Source: an uncultured delta proteobacterium (GTDB taxonomy: Bacteria; Desulfobacterota; Desulfobacteria; Desulfobacterales; Desulfatirhabdiaceae). From it: a stretch of 64,000 bases of DNA. The position numbers were made by a program, and so were the translations under genes. The stretch is from contig CAWBKP010000017.1 in the NCBI GenBank assembly GCA_963789395.1, forward strand, positions 32,001-96,000, given 5' to 3'. Shown here piece after piece: positions 62,902 through 64,000 of this stretch; the first letter of the stretch is position 1; the number at the start of each line of letters is the position of its first letter. Below the pieces are notes generated by a model. It searched no databases, had not been told where the DNA came from, and saw only the letters and a program-made list of their open reading frames with translations.

Positions 62902-64000
62902 ATGCTGTTAACTTCTGAGAAAATCAGCGTACAAGATATAAGGCTTCAAAACCTTCAGACAGAGGTGGAATATCGCAGAAAACTTCAGGAGATCGGAAAC
63001 CGGATTCATTCAGCCTTGAATCTGGATGAAATTCAGGTTTATCTGATAGAAGAAATTATCAAGCTTTTCGATGCAGAACGCATTACCATTTATGTTTTTG
63101 ATAACCTGAAAGAGGAGTTGGTTTCCCGTTACATATCCGGAGAGGGAATCAAAGAGATTCGAATTCCGGTGTCCGCCGACAGCATTGCCGGTTTTTCCGC
63201 CCTCAGACAGAAAACTGTTTGTGTCAATAACGTCTATGACGATAAGGAGCTATATAGCATTGATCCTTGTCTGCGTTTTGACAGAACCTGGGACCCAAAA
63301 AACAAATACACAACCCGGCAGGTACTGGCTTGTCCCATCCTCCACCATAAGAACCTGCTCGGGGTGATTCAGTTGATTAACCGCAGTTCCGACGGGGTGT
63401 TTACTTCCACCGATGAGCAGTCTATCCAGGAAATCGCCAGGATTCTCGGTATCGCATTTTTCAATCAAAAGCGCATGCTCGGCACGAAACATTCGAAGTT
63501 CGATTATCTCATTGACAATGCCGTGTTGACTGGGGACGACCTGAAAAATGCCATTTGGGAAGCGGATAAGAAAAACCTACCTGTTGAATCGGTATTGCAC
63601 AATCAGCTAAAAATTCCCAAACAGACTATCGGCCGATCCCTGAGCCAGTTCTACAAGGTCCAGTTTGTTGAATACGATCCCGATACGCCGGTTCCGGATG
63701 AACTGCTTTCTCGCGTTAAACTGCCATTTATGCGCCATAATGTCTGGGTGCCGCTGCGAAATGAAGTCAGGACAAATTGTTATTGCCATAGACAATCCTG
63801 CAGACCTGCAGAAGACAAATGAAATCAATTCAATTTATAAAAAAGATGGGCATATAAACTATCGTGTGGCGTTACAGGATGATATTTTTCGCTACATCGA
63901 CAGGTTTACCAAGGCTGAAAAACAGGCGGCAGGGATTAAGGATATTTTTTCCAGGGTTCAGGCGGAAACCACTGAAACAGCGGAAACGGAGCCTGTCGTT
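62902..64000 (+). CDS. GAF-domain PilB/GspE-family protein, N-terminal part (frameshift ~63770; runs off the right edge)
   Basis: GAF (SIAGF, NNVYDD, FD..WD...Y.TR, GVIQLIN, FT..DE) then MshEN-like region (WVPL...IVIAIDNP); ATPase domain not within the window. Confidence 0.7.

Noticed and set aside
1..64000. CRISPR arrays, IS transposases, integrases, prophage genes, selenocysteine read-through
   Set aside because: No regularly spaced repeats or such proteins were seen, no integrase follows tRNA-Arg, and I noticed no in-frame TGA at a conserved Cys position

Overview
A 64 kb, mostly housekeeping and lipid/acyl-CoA metabolism region. Gene content and protein sequences point to a sulfate-reducing deltaproteobacterium (Desulfobacterales-like; inferred). 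It begins inside a large PUFA-synthase-type gene (KS-CLF-AT-DH, minus strand, runs off the left edge and is absent from the ORF track). It then carries a DinJ/YafQ-type TA pair, glmU-like/glmM, yccA, ispF-cysS, a non-decarboxylating glutaryl-CoA dehydrogenase/CMD/glutaconyl-CoA decarboxylase alpha cluster, NIL-ferredoxin/mnmA, and a 6-TM hybrid kinase coupled to a PhcB-like methyltransferase. Further along are uppP, trxB, pepP, a TPP-riboswitch-controlled thiamine ABC transporter, a MarR/Fe-S/molybdopterin oxidoreductase unit, rsmA, adk, rpsU, folC, tRNA-Arg(CCG), amrS and a partial GAF-PilB/GspE gene. At least 12 genes have single-base frameshifts, often at homopolymers, most likely sequencing or assembly errors. 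I saw no CRISPR array, transposase or prophage. The best leads are a candidate PhcB/PhcS-like signalling pair, a candidate Cys/His-rich arrest-peptide-like leader gene, NIL-ferredoxin coupled to a Cys-type MnmA, a MarR operator pair, and a dispersed REP-like hairpin family. All family assignments come from motif recognition; no database searches were run.
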